A program made the position numbers and the translations under genes. This document shows, in pieces, positions 1-14,049 of a stretch of 64,000 nucleotides of DNA. The notes under the pieces were generated by a model, which saw only the letters and a list, made by a program, of their open reading frames with translations, made no database searches and was not told the origin of the DNA. Position 1 is the stretch's first letter; each line of letters begins with the position of its first letter. Source of the DNA: Nageia nagi (taxonomy: Eukaryota; Plantae; Pinophyta); the NCBI GenBank assembly GCA_050084985.1, contig JBITNC010000002.1:21080001-21144000 (forward strand). The letters run 5' to 3'.

Positions 1-207
1 ATAGTTCAATGATAGAACTAAGAACTACATTATAGAGACTATTGTTTGGGAATGATATTCTCATTTTCAAAAAATGATCAAATTAAATGTACTTCAAAAT
101 ATTGTAAAATCATTGTGAAAACCATAAGAAACATTTAAACTACATTCCTAAATGTTCTATATTATCTCGTAAATAATCCTTATGAAAATGGAAACCAAAC
201 AAGCTAA
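1..207. repeat. Diverged copy of the sequence lying ~1.65 kb upstream of EXLA copy 2 (37808-38013)
   Basis: atagttcaatgatagaactaagaactaca...aaaatggaaaccaaa aligns colinearly with 37808-38013; visibly more diverged than the main duplication. Confidence 0.85.
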
Positions 208-212
208 GAAAA

Positions 213-1634
213 TGATAAAAAATAAGAAAAATGACACTCAACCTGTATACATCAAACTAGTTAGATCTGACCAACATGTTGACTGGCAATATATAACTGG
301 TGGGTGAAGTGGAAGAAGCTAACCGACTAATTAATTATTTTAATCAGACCTCTATAGACCAATTATAAATACATAATCATAGTTATTATATTTTCATACT
401 TTGATTAAGCTCAAACATCAATATTCTCCCCTTTGATGTTTAGGGGACCAACTAGGAAGTTCCTGAAATTCAAAAACCAAGCCTTTAAAACATATTTTGT
501 GAAGATATCCATTATATTATGTAAGGAATTATAGTTTGTAGGAAGTGGTACTTCATGTCAAAGTGTTTGGATTTTTTAGGGTGGAATAGGTCCTTTTCTA
601 ATTGAATGACATTGTTGTTATCATAAAATATGGTTTTTTGATCATATTGTTTCTCACCAAGTCTTCAAGAACTTTTCTCAACAATAATGCTTGAGTACCA
701 GCACTTATTATTCCAATGTATTCAGCCTTAGAGAGGTAAAATATACTTTTATTCCTTTAACTACATGTAATCATATGTGATCTAAGATTAAAATAATTGC
801 TTGATATAGAATTTTTATCATCAGGATTGCTTCCCTAGTCAGAATCACTAAATACAACATGTGTTATATCACCACTCTTATAGTAATGGATGCCAAAATC
901 ATTTGTACCTTTCACATACCTTAGTATTTTTTTAGTTTCTTTCATGTTTATTTCAAAATGATTACTTAATTCTTGATATAAGTGAGACAATATAAGAAAA
1001 ATTAGGTCTAGAGTTTGTTACAAATATTATGTTTTCAACAATGCTCCTATATGTTATTGTATCATATTTTTCAAATCCATCATCCTTACTAAACAAATCA
1101 CCATATTTTATTGGTATTGGAACTACTCTAGAATAATAAATGCCAATTTTTTCAATATAACATTGGTATATTTAGTATGATAAATCAAAATTCCCCTCTA
1201 TTTGATACACCTTCATACCCAAGACATGGTGCATAAAACTAAAATCTTTAAATCATTAATCAAATTTGAAAAATACCCATGCAAATCAAATCATCAATAT
1301 ATAAGAAAGTAAGTAAGATTTCATTATCTTATTTCATATGATAGAGGCTATGTTCATTCTTGCTTTTTGTAAAGCCATATTGATGTAAGTACCCATCAGC
1401 TCTTAAGTATCAAGCTCTTGAAACTTGTTTGAGACCATACATGACCTTGTTTAACATGTATACTAGATTTAATTTCCCTTTGATCTCAAATTATTGAGGT
1501 TCTTATGTATAAACCTCTTTATCCAAGTAGCCATTCAAGAATATAATGCACTCTTAAGATCCATGTGATGAATTTTTCAACCTTTGTGGGAAGCCAAAGA
1601 GAGAACCAAATTTATAATTTCCTATGATTCCATT
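213..1634 (-). mobile_element. Degenerate Ty1/copia 3' part (RT C-terminus, RNase H, PPT, possible short 3' LTR ~213-423)
   Basis: Minus-strand translation gives SKHFDMKYHF, DSD*GSNPDDK and HHMDLK motifs with many stops; PPT-like ttctcccctt at ~424-433 resembles the PPT of the intact copia; LTR limits are uncertain. Confidence 0.8.
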
Positions 1635-1779
1635 CACTAGTACAAAAAGTAGTAATATATGATTAAATAAACTACTAAAAATTGTAGATAAATGACTATT
1701 TTTTATCACATGACCATTAGTAGTTTATTACCAATCATTTATGTCATGACCAAATTTATGATAAACTATGTTAGTCATT

Positions 1780-2140
1780 TATTTGGTTATTTATTTAGTC
1801 ACTAATTTAATTATTGATGTAGTCATATATTTAGTCGTCGATTGAGTCATATATTTAGTCATCGATTTAGTTGTATATTTAGTTAATAATTTAGTAGTAT
1901 ATTTATTCATTGATTTAGTCATACATTTAATCATTGATTTAATCGTATATTTAATCATTAATTTAATCATTGATTTGGTCATGTATTTAGTCATTAATTT
2001 AGTCATAAATTTAGTAGTATATTTAGTCATTAATTTAATCATATATTTAGTCATTAATTTAATCACATATTTAGTCATATATTTAATCATTGCATTCATC
2101 ATATATGTAGTCATTGAATTAGTCATAAATTTAGTCATTT
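1780..2140. repeat. 12-bp tandem array (consensus ~ATTTAGTCATAT), CACTA subterminal repeat
   Basis: About 30 imperfect 12-mers; produces the low-complexity MTKY-type ORF 1791-2138. Confidence 0.9.
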
Positions 2141-2565
2141 TTATTTATTGATTACCATTAGTTGGTAATAAATAAAGTTAATAGATTTTATCTGCAAAAA
2201 TAGTATAATATTAAACTTGAACTAAAAAGATAAAAGTAAATAAAAATATTACACATTCAAACAAGATACAACAAGCTAAAATTAAAGGATTGATTCAACA
2301 TCATGATAAATAAAGTTAATGTGCAATTAGAAAATATTAATAGAATAATACATATCAAATTATAAGATGTCAAAGATGTCTAAGAGTGTATATGTAAATA
2401 TAATAAAATATTTCAAAGTTGTATATGAGTTTCCAACTCTTTCAAAAACACCTTTATAATTAAAATACCTAAATAACAAAAATAAAATACTACATAAAGT
2501 AGTGAGCCATGATGTCTAACAAATAATACATGAAAAATATATTGATCAACTACATAGTCATTTTT

Positions 2566-2780
2566 TGCAAATACTTTAGTGGCCATCGTGTGAAGGTTCC
2601 CTCTTTCTCTTTCAAGTAAGAAACTCCATCTATTTTATCCTCATAGGTAAGCGGTACATTACTTGCAACCTTTAAAATGTTTACATTTGCATATTTTATT
2701 CCTTTCAAGCTGACTCCATGTATAATTTATAGAGAGTGAATTCATCCAATACCCATAACATCAGCATCAATATATTTCTT
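2566..2780 (-). pseudogene. CACTA TNP1/TnpA-like C-terminal domain remnant
   Basis: Translates KKYIDADVMGIG*IHSL*IIHGVSLKGIKYANVNILKVASNVPLTYEDKIDGVSYLKEKEGTFTRWPLKYL, fitting the HGVxL...PL...GxFxxWP pattern of Tnp1/En/Spm-like domains (from memory). Confidence 0.6.
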
Positions 2781-5700
2781 CATAAAGAGAAAAGAACAAC
2801 ACATTATATCAATAAGTTATGAAAGGACACAAATATAAACAATCATTACCATGCATGCATATGAGGCACATAAGATTATGAGATCACTATTACAAATTTT
2901 ATTAGTCTAAATTTTATCAACAAATATTGTCTTCCAGTTTCATAAGTAAAATATAATTACTTAGAAACTATTTAAAAAAATTGTCATGTCATTTGATAAG
3001 TAAAATATCATTGCTTAGAAACTATATAATACAAAATCAACTAGAAAAAATAATTTGTATTCTTTTTCAAGATCAAAATTAGCATCTCAACAAGAGTAAT
3101 TTTATCCATAATAATTCATATGATGCCATACAAAAACAATATAGCCAAGAATACATGAATGATACCAATGAAAATCATAAAATCATAATTTTTAGTTCAA
3201 GTAGTTTCTGATAGTCAATACATTATTCAAGTTACTAGATGTGGTGATCATATTACTTGATCAACATAAACTCCTTTATGAGAATTAACAAGACCACAAC
3301 ATTTATAGAGTTCCTTCACATGCACCCACCATTATCCTATGGTATTGAATGGGTAACAGGGTGCCTAATTGTTAAGATATCCCTTATGCTTCAAGTTTGT
3401 TATCACACAATTAAATAATTTATAGTTGATTTCTTAATTCAGTCACATATTAGCTAATGTATGTATTATCACAAAGTGATTAATACCATTAAGTTTACAC
3501 GAATATTTTTCTACTAGAATACTAATCAACCTTTGGATATAATTCTTTAACTATAACAATTTATTGTTCACAACAACATGCTCTAGCTTCTCAATGGATT
3601 ATCAAGTTTTTAGCTAAGCCATAAGTTTGATTCAAAAAGAGGTGTAATACAATCCTTTCATCTCTCATGAAATTGAAAAGGATCATTTGGTAGTTATACA
3701 TTTTCAGTTTACCATATCCATAACCAAGTAATTAAGAATAAGACATGTTTGCCTTTGAATGCATTAGCATAAAGTGCTATTATGAAAAGGTCCCTTTTCA
3801 ATGATCAATAAAAATTTCGCATCCTATCAAATATTAATAATTAAATATGAAATAAATTATTATTATTTTTGGTATCCCAAAAATATAACAACAAGAAGGA
3901 TAAGAAACCACCAGACAAACTCTAATCAAGCAAAATCCATGTATGCAAGCCAAATAAATTAGTCATCTTGTAAAGCCTGTACCTTTTGATTTAAAAATCC
4001 ATATAACTTATTTTATAAACTTTTAGAAATATGATTAACCCTAAAATACACCTTCCAAATTTCATCCATTTTTGTTAGGTTTAAGACCTTAAATTTTGAA
4101 CTATCCCAATGTCTATAGTTTATGTTCACAAAAATGTTAAAAACAAGATTGCCAAGTTGATGATACTAAAAATTATATTTTATAACATATTTGAGCATGA
4201 TTTTTGTACTATAGATGTATTTTTATGGATAGGCTACCCTCCAAATTTTATCTCATTTGGGTAGGTTAAACCCTACTTTTGGAGCTTGTACACACATCTA
4301 TAGTTAAACACCCTAAACTGGTATAGTTTAGAATAGCCATATTAAAAAATGTGTAACTTTTACATATTAAATCATTTGTTTATAATGTTTTATTCTTCAA
4401 TATAATTATATTTCATAGATAATTCTCACCAAAATTCAATGCATTTTGATTTGGTTGAGACCATTAATCTTCTGATAGTTCATAGCCTATCTGAACAACC
4501 CAAATTATGCTAGAATGAGAGATGGGTAATAGTCCTTTAGATTTCTTATCTATATCTCAATCTTGATAACATCAAAACTTATACAAGATTATAATAACAC
4601 CTTTTTTTACAACCATTAGGTAGTGTTCAAAAGAAAACTCAATTTCTAATTTGTCATAGCCAATCAACCAATCCATACAATGAAGAGTATACATAATACA
4701 ATCAATCTTTTATTCAAATAATGAATAGTACACAAAATAGAATTTTGGTAAATTTGAATAAACCAACAACAATTGAATTCCACTCCATATTTTATCAAAA
4801 ACATGAAAGGTTTTATATGAAACCAATTGATACAAATAAGGTAATCAATCCCATTTTTTTTAGAATTAAAAACATTAATGATCTTCAAATGAGTTCACAT
4901 AACATATTGAAATCAACTAGAACTTCACTCCAAAGGTAAATCTGACTCTACACTATAGATGAAATGAGAGTGTGAGATTTTTATAAATCTTAGCAAGTTC
5001 CAAGCTAATCAACCATTGTTAAAGAAATACACATGAAGAATCAGGGAAACCACTTATTTCCATAACCACTTATTTACAAATGCATGAACATAATGGGGTT
5101 TTATAATAACATCCCAAACAAAATTCATAAATGTCAGGACCTCAATGAATAATATGATATTATTATATGCAACTCAAGTGATCTCCATAATGATAACAAA
5201 CTATTGCAATACCATTACATAATAACCATATCCAATGCTTAATACAAAAGGCATATCCATGCTTGGTAAAGGAAACTCAATGCTTAATAATTTAAAAGGA
5301 GAAATGCCATGAATGATACAATATATCCAAGCATGTATTTCCAAAAATTTAACATTCAAATAAAAACCATTTTAATTACCAAACATAACATCAAACTTGC
5401 ACTCATTTTTATGTTATATTTTTATCTTAGTTTTTGTATTAAATCTATTAGATCCTATAGCAAAAAATAGTTTACAAAGAGTGTAGAACATGGAGATCAT
5501 TCAATATTGAAGCATGGCTATCATATGTATGGCTTAGCCTCTAAATATTTTCCAACTTATAGTTAAAATGAAAGCCCTCAATACCTAATCAAATCCCTCC
5601 TACAATATCTCTCGTACGATGATCAAACTTCATTTATTTATACATATTAAGAACCCTTTTATTATTTTTATTACAATAATCTTATAATATGAACAACATC

Positions 5701-7479
5701 AATAGGATAAAATTGTGTAATACTAACAATGCCCACTATTTCCTTACATAATGATTTATCAAAATGCAATGGTTTCAAACAAGCATAATATTTTACATAA
5801 TGGAGTTTTCTAGTTTGCTTGTTCAAAATGTTGATAGAAGAAAATAAGCTAGAAACTCACCTTCACACACTTTATTTTCTAATTATGTCTTAAATCCTCC
5901 AAATTCCATGAGATCACAATCTTCCCAACCCTTTGTTGTAACCAAATCATGATCTTCCCAGCAAGATTCAAATGCCCAACTTTGAAAACATCCTTTTTTC
6001 TCCAATAAAATAACCATGGTTCAAGATTGAGGCCCACACATTAGATTTTGATGCTAGAAAGATCCCAAAATGGGAAAATTAATGTTAATTCTTCTCTCAT
6101 GGTGCTATGACATCCTCTTAGCCCAAAATCATGATTTGCAACAAGTGTAGGCTCCCACAACATGCATACAATGGAATCCTTATATTTTCCTTCTTCCCAC
6201 ATCCTCTACAAGTCCAATATAATCATCTAATCAAAATACTAAGCAAAGAATCTCAAACATGGAGTGTAGACTTCTTGTTCTACTCCAAAACTTATCCATG
6301 GTGGCTAGACATGAAACATAGGCTTCCAAAACATGGTGATAGCTAGAGTTTTCTCTCCAGCCTCTCCACATCTCTCTCTCTCTCATTATTCAACAAGGAA
6401 AAATGGATTAGGGTTTGAATGGAGGAAGGTATGTTATTACAAAGCCCTAATTTTCCAATTTCCTACTCTAGATACCCAAATTCTAATGTAATACATGCAC
6501 TTGGGAAAATTAAACATTAAAATTTATTCCCTTAGCTTTGAACTTACAAGCCTTTCTCTAAATTAAACTTTTTTATTTTTTTTTTGAATATTTTTCACAC
6601 ATTTAAACCTTTTTCAAAAGATATTTCTCCATGGGTATTAAAATACAATTAATTCACATATAATTTAAATGTATAATTTAATGGTCTCATTACACTCTAT
6701 TGTCTAATGTGACTAAATACAAAGATTGAACTCTTCAAATGTTTCACATCAAATGGATTCCATGGCATTCTAACACAATGATCCACACCCATATTTGCAT
6801 GAATGAATTTTAATGCAAATGACTTAAATTGCATTAAGGTGATGCATTACACATTGCTAATGCATAAATGCATAATTTTAAAGCTCCATGGGTAACTATT
6901 TCACCATCATTCTAGAATTACCACAAAAAATGGGTTCATGACATAACAAGAGTTAAGGTACCCTACACTAAGTGATATCAAAGAAAGTTCATTTATTAAA
7001 CCAATTTGGATATATGAATAAAAAATATAATTAATAAGTAATATATAGTTAATAATAAAAAGTAAATAATAATAAATATAGATAAATTTAATTAATGAAT
7101 GTAAATAAGTAGATATAGTTAATAATAAATGTATAATTAATTAGTAAGTAAGAAATATAATTAAGAAATATTAAATGTAATGTCATAATACATAGTATAT
7201 GATAAATGTAATTAATAAATATAATATAATGTCATTTTTGTTTGGGTGACTAATTTTGAATGATTAATTATTCAATCATTTATTTACTCATTTTTATTTT
7301 TCTAACCTTGCGATTTTACCTAATGACTAAATTAGTCATCTTTTTAGTTATTTATAATTGTGAATTATAAAACATTAGTAGAATTTGATCAATTTTAGTC
7401 ATGTGACTAATAGTTTTAGTCACATGAATTAAAGTTTTAGTCACATAGTCATATATCTACAAAACTTCTACTAGTGATT

Positions 7480-9990
7480 GTTGTAAAGGTCTATTCAAAA
7501 TCAATACTATACCTTTCTATTAAGCCCTTAGCCATAAGCCTTACCTTATTACTTTCTACAGTCTCATCATTGTTATATTAACCTTGAAGATTCATTTAGA
7601 ACCAATGCATTTTTTAAATCTCTTGGAAGCTACAAAATCTCCAAAATATCATTCCTTATGATGGAATTAATTTCTTCTTTCATGGCCTTCATTATAAAAT
7701 ATTAGTGTATGGTTATTCATAACTAGATATCTCTAGCTTAACACTACTCATTAAAGCATAATTTACATCCTTACCTCTAAGCTCATCGTCATCCTTATCA
7801 CCATATATTTAAGATATTAAAGTCTTATTACAACTTACTCCATTTGTTGTGCTTGGTCTCTTGTGAGACTTTTTTTAAAATTGGTGTCTAGTATTTTAGA
7901 GGATGAATGGATAGGGAGTACCCTTGAACTACTTTTAATCTTCATTGCACTTGAAGAATAGTCATCATCATCATTTGGGACTAATTTTTGTTAGTTGGGA
8001 TGAACAATGGGCTACACTTTTGAGGATATATGATCATTGGATCTATAATCAACATTGAGTTTTTATGACCATACTTCCCCCTTTTTCAAAAATGACATCT
8101 CTAGAAACCACAACTGTATAACTTTTTATATTGTAGACTCAATATGCTACGATATTTTTATAAGATCCTAAAAAAATACATGCTTCACCTTTAGTATCTA
8201 TCATTCTCTTATTTTCATCAAGTACATGATCATAAGAAACAACAAAAGACTCTTAAAATAATTTACATTTGATTTCTTTTCATAACATACCTCATTTGGA
8301 GTTATTCCATCTAATTTACTAACAGGACTTCTATTCAAAATATAGATTGTTATCCTAACTACATCAACCCAATACATATATGTAATTTTTTTTATTTGAA
8401 TCACTCTTGTAGCCATTTCAACAATGGTTCTACTCCTATACTCAACAACACAAATTTATTATGGATTATAACCAACCATGAGTTACCTTTTGATTCTATT
8501 ATCTTTACAATATCGAACGAATTCATTTAAGAAATATTCCCCTCTACTCGTCCTTAAGCATTCAACATAGTATCCACTTTGATTTTCTACATGATTTTTT
8601 AACTTGTTACAGCATTTAATTTAATCTTTATCTTCAATCTTCAACAAATAGATACAACATATTATTGAAAAATAATCTATAAAAGTAAGAAAGTAGGAAT
8701 TCTTACCCAAGTTTCTATTTGCATGTCCCCACATATGTCCAAATGCACTGATTGTAGTGACGAGGAGGCTCTCCATTCTTTTCCAATTAGAATTTAACTT
8801 GTTCTTGTGTTGTTTCCCTAAGCTTAACCTTCACAAACTCCTTTGTGATCTTTGACCTTTGATATTCCATATACAATTTCTTTGGATGTTGAAAATATCA
8901 AACTTATGAAGTTTGAATGATCATATCTAGGGTGATGCAACCTAGAAATTTTATTTTATATGGAAATATTTGTAAGATAAGACACTTATCCTTAAAATTT
9001 TAATGTAAATAGTCTATTATTTATCATGCGTACTTTTGTGTCCAGCTTATCACCATTATTTTTGTTAAATATTACACACTTTCCATATAAAAACATAGGC
9101 ATATATATAATTCTTAGTAATTATTTAACCAACACTCAAAAAATTATGTTTCAAATTTGTAGTGTTGTAAATATCATATATTTTCTTTCTAATTTTTTTT
9201 ATGCACCTCCATAACTCCAATACCTTCAACATGCAAGTTCTTGTCAACACCAACCTTAATCTTAGACTTAAACTCCTATGTGTTATCCATGTTAGTAAAC
9301 AACTCCCTTTTGCTAGTCTTATGGTTGGAGAAGCTTGTATGAAGTATTAATGTCTCTTTCAAAGTATAATCAAACTTTACACAAGTTAAAAATGAGTTTA
9401 AATGTTCTTTCTCTTTTTCATAATGTCCACTACTTGTCTCTTCTTGAAAAGGCTTCTACCTACATTCCCTCTCATAGTGACCAAATGTGTTACACTAGTA
9501 ACATTATTATTTTTTATTTGTCACCTCTTCCTCTTCTTCTTACTTGAAAAGAACATATTATTCCCCTTACTCTCACTTTTTAAGGGGATTATCCTCTCCC
9601 TTGGTATCTACCTTGACCACATGTGTTAGCTTCAGCCTCTTAGGATGTAAAATCATTTTCTCCAAATAAGTAGTATTGATGATGTAGTTTCTTGTATTCT
9701 TTTTTCATTAGATATTATTATGGCCACATGATTCCATTTAGTAAGAATATATGTATTTAAATACCTTTTTCACAACAACTTCAATCCTCAGTCCATCACT
9801 AAGATTTTTTTATCTTGTGTAAGCATTTACTATTACAAAATAGTGTCCTACATTCTCTCCCTTCATTTTGAGGTTCTCAAACTCTCTTTTGAATATTTTA
9901 ATCTTGAATTACTTCACTTAATAACTACCTTGGTACCCATTCTTTAATGCCTTCCATGCATCCTTAGTTGTAGTATAGAAATGATTGCTT
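7480..9990 (-). mobile_element. Continuation of the degenerate copia (RT N-terminus, integrase, protease region, gag zinc knuckle)
   Basis: YWVDVVRITIYILNRSPVSKLDGITPNE (integrase), GHYEREC knuckle near 9470, REFENLKM gag motif near 9870; many stops and frameshifts. Confidence 0.85.
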
Positions 9991-10049
9991 GTTGCAATTG
10001 CTTAGGAAATATCTATAACATAGTTCAATATTTCTAGGTATAATGGGAA

Positions 10050-10950
10050 AATAAAAAGTTAGATACCTAAATCTAGCATACTAGGTTAGAGTTGATGAGA
10101 GTGTATCTTCCTTAATGAGTAAGAAAGAAAAAATTCTCCAGTCATGTATAAATCCCAGACATTTTATAGTTTCTCTACGTTCCCTCCATTTATTACAACT
10201 TTGTGGTAAAAATATCTCCTTATCTCCACCTTAGCATCATAAATATATGAATAGAATTCTCTTATTGATGTATTAGCATAAGAGATAAAACTTGTTTCTT
10301 TGTAATTCAAGAAGCTAAAGAACATATTAAAGAAGGAAATATCAAAATATTTGTAATTAGAGTCAAAATATGTGTATACCTAAGGATTCGATGATCTATC
10401 AATAAAATACATTGCTCCATTAATTTTATAATTTAATTCTCCAAATACATATATATGGAAACTCATATGACACATAGCACCAATATCAAGCAATTGAGCA
10501 TCTTCCCAAGATGCAAAGGAAGTATTTAAAACTTCATCATTAATGGTAATATTACATTCAATAGTAACAAAATGAGCAAAATCAAAATTTTTACTCATGT
10601 TTTCTTTATGCAACCTTTTTTTATTATTATCTTTGATTTTATCCTATAGAATACAATAAGTTTTGGCATCATATCCTTTCTTATAATAATGAGCACAATT
10701 AATATTACACCTCTCTCCTCTACAACCTTGATTAGGTCTACCCCTTACCTCTATTATTTCTCCCACAATCTCACCTATTACTCTCTCCTCTAGAATAATT
10801 ATAGTATGGATTATTTCCTTTCCAAGAAATACATAATGTATCACCAGTAGGTTCCACAATCTTCTTACTCAATCTCTTCTTGTATTTTACAATGTTATCT
10901 TACAAAGTATCAAATGTGAGGCCCTTCAATTATGCACTAGCTTGAGGTAG
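10050..10950 (-). mobile_element. Fragment of a second, different copia (gag knuckle and protease)
   Basis: ORFs 10644-10859 (CAHYYKKGYDAKTYC knuckle) and 10380-10613 (LLDIGAMCHMS, copia protease LDSGA..HM); duplicated at ~27700-28590. Confidence 0.7.
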
Positions 10951-11938
10951 TTCAAGGTAATGGGGACCCAACAATTTTATTTTGCCTACAATAGAGCTAT
11001 ATTTTCCAATATATGAGAAAAATAATGTTTAAAATTTTAAATATTAAAAAAATTATCATATTGTTGATTATGCATAGAACTAGTGGTTAATTGGATAGTC
11101 TAAGAATGATGACAAGGTGGATCCAGAGTAAATCAAATGGTAAGTTATCTTATCAAAGTATTGATCACTATACTAGGAAACTAGTCATGGTTAAATATGA
11201 CTTTACTTTTACAAAGATGTACCTAATAATTTCCAAGACAAAAAGCATGATATTATCAAAGATTAGGAATATTTAAAAGCTATAAGACCATATCTTGTAT
11301 CGATCTCAACAATTATCTAGGTATTATGTTCAAAATAAAAATATAGAATGTTGTATTTATGTCACCCCACACTTCATATAACAATAACTATTAATGGGGT
11401 CTGAAGGTATCCATAACATAACATGATCTTAGAATTGGTTTTGCATGATTCAGAATGGGTTTTATAGTAAGAAGGGATGAATTTTGTATAGATTGACAGT
11501 CTCAACTTTAAACCAAAGGTGAAAGGAGAGATGCTAAAAAATAAATTTAAGAGTTTTAAAATGTGACGTAAAAATTTGCATAATATAATATTGGGCATGG
11601 GTGAATAAGACACATAAGAGGTGAGGATTATTTAAAACACTAAATATATGAGGATTATTTAAAATATAAAATATGTGAGATTTTAATGGGTCCATGTGAG
11701 CTTATATAAAGGCAAGGATAAATATAAATATTGGGTAAAATACTAGTTCTCAAATACCACTATAAATTCAAACTTATTTCAACGGTATGTAGGTAGTTGT
11801 TAATTTTTTTTTACATATATACAAGACTTCAACCTACGATTTCTATTACTATAATCATCTAAATCATTTTTATCTCCTAAATGGAAAAGTAAAGAGTATA
11901 ATGGGTACTTGAAAAAGGATGTAGATATGATTTTTTTG

Positions 11939-11941
<3 letters not shown>

Positions 11942-11993
<52 letters not shown>
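11942..11993. repeat. (AT)26 microsatellite; (AT)10 at the paralogous site 29585-29604
   Basis: Direct reading. Confidence 0.97.
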
Positions 11994-11996
<3 letters not shown>

Positions 11997-13399
11997 AAGA
12001 GTAAAGTTTTTAGATTAAAATGGATTAATTATTTTTAATGTTACAATAGAATTATCACAATAAGATCTTTCAACATATATTTTTTTTATCTTACTATAGA
12101 CATTAATGATATTTCATTTCATTGTCTCACAACATCAATTTTTTTTATTAATATAAATAAATAATGTATTAATAAAAAATAAAAGATATTGAAAGGTTCT
12201 CCAAAACCTTTTATATCTTAAGATATAACATTACTTACAATATGAAGTTAAAAGGGAGCATAAACCAATATCACTTTAATACTTTCCTCCCATATTTGAA
12301 CTTTACAAAAACCTTTCATGTCTAATTCAAACATTAAAATACATACACTTCTACCCGAAGTATAAGCACAATTCAAAATTCAAAGTGAATAACATTATGG
12401 TTCCCAATGTTTTGAACATGATGTGATGGCTATTCAAAATTCTCCTTCTCATGCTTTTGGGTAAGAGCACAATATCTATCCTATGTAGGTCCATAATTGA
12501 TCTGTATTCTTTCCCTAAGTATACGATGATCAGGAAATATTAAACCTGTAGCACAATTGTTATGCATTAATCAGAATGACGTATGAAATGAAATATGTAT
12601 CTGAGTCTGCTCAAATTTCAACATTAGAGAACTAGAGGCTTGTTTATTTAGCATCCCTCAGGACTTTAAAAACAAACTCTAAATCCCCATAGTTCTCTAA
12701 ATGTCTTTTCTCCTATACTGTCATAGCCACCCCATGTAGGGTTTTTCAAAATATAGATATAATAAATTCTACCTATCTAAAGAGAAAAAAATATTATTCT
12801 TTTGCCATCAAATAGGCATGCTAGCCATGAACCCCTAAAGGAAGCCTAGAGGCATGCTTCAAGTTTCTATTCCCCTTCTTTATTTGAGACCCATTAGCTT
12901 GAAGATCCTATAAAGGTTTTCCATTTTACATAGATTATCTGATTGCAAATGACCATACATGACCATAACATATCCTCCAAAGCATGTCTATTGTATTTCC
13001 ATCATTATCCCAACATGTTGCATCAAGTCCATAGTTGTTGACCATTCACCCAAGTACACTTGTTGTAATGAAGCATATCTTGCCTTCATAATGCCCCCTC
13101 CTAGATGTATCCTTTCTAACACACATCAGATGTAGTACATGTTAGAAGTTACAAAAAGCCACTTTTTTTATAACAAGGGAGAATTGCAAGGTGGTTCTCC
13201 TTACCTTTTTTGTTGTTTTGGTGTGGTATAACTGCAAGGAAATTATACCAAACTGCCTTGCAATTATACCACATTTTTTTATTTTACTCTTATGATTATA
13301 CCATGACCCATTTGCACTTAATTTTGTAATTGGATCATGTTTATTCAAACTTCTTTTACCTCACTTGCTATACCATTCCATGATTAACAATGCAAAGGT

Positions 13400-13710
13400 G
13401 GTTTTCATAAATTAAAGGTACCACAAAGGGTCTATATTACTTGAGGATGAAATATGTGGTATTTTTATGGTTTTAATGCTTCTTGTTCTCAAGTAGTATG
13501 CCAAATATTATGATAGATCTAGGTTATGATAATATGTTAAATAAAGTCCTTGGTATTATTGCTTTATTAGTTTAGCTTATCTTTTAGAGATAATTCAATC
13601 TTCATTCCATGTCATTAATGGGAAGTTCAATTACAACTTACTCTTAGAGAGATATTGGATCCATAAAATTAAGGTAATTCCGTCCATAATATACAATATC
13701 TTTTGTAAAG
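13400..13710 (+). mobile_element. Tat/Ogre gypsy aspartic-protease fragment inside the MULE
   Basis: IQSSFHVINGKFNYNLLLERYWIHKIKVIPSI resembles the YNLLLGRPWIH...VPS motif. Confidence 0.55.
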
Positions 13711-14049
13711 TGTAGTTTTGAAATGCAATTTTATAACTAATGTAATTGTGTGATATGAAAAAAGTTCACAATTTTATGAAGATATATGAAATGAAATTCT
13801 ATTTGAAATAGTATACTGATAATTACATTTTTCATGGAACATAAATTTTTTGTATCTCAAGAAACCTTGAAGCATTACTAAATAAGAGGACATATAATCA
13901 ATTTGTTCTATTAGATGATTCTACTCCAAATGAAATTCTTTGATAGGATGGTTTTGCAACCTTACATGCAATAGTACCAAAACATTATCATAATCATAAT
14001 GAAGAATTAACATATATATAGTAAAAAATGAAACATACTGAATCCTCAA

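Larger units (their letters stand above)
1635..7476 (-). mobile_element. CACTA (En/Spm) DNA transposon, non-autonomous/decayed, inserted in the copia RT
   Basis: Starts CACTAGTA (1635) and ends TACTAGTG (7476); 3-bp TSD ATT at 1632-1634 and 7477-7479; TTAGTCA subterminal repeats at both ends; removing it restores the copia RT segment equivalent to FAPVARQETIRLVLSLA. Confidence 0.92.

Noticed and set aside
1791-2138. 115-aa MTKY-repeat ORF
   Set aside because: By-product of the 12-bp CACTA subterminal array
3969-6943. Possible ~3-kb solo LTR inside the CACTA (TGTAAAG...CATGACA)
   Set aside because: LTR-like composition, but no matching TSD or partner LTR found
11091-11613. ORFs conserved at 28732-29338
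   Set aside because: Conservation reflects the recent duplication; no recognisable protein
12420-12550. Exon-like minus-strand segment (RERIQINYGPT)
   Set aside because: Short, contains a stop, and I cannot assign a homolog
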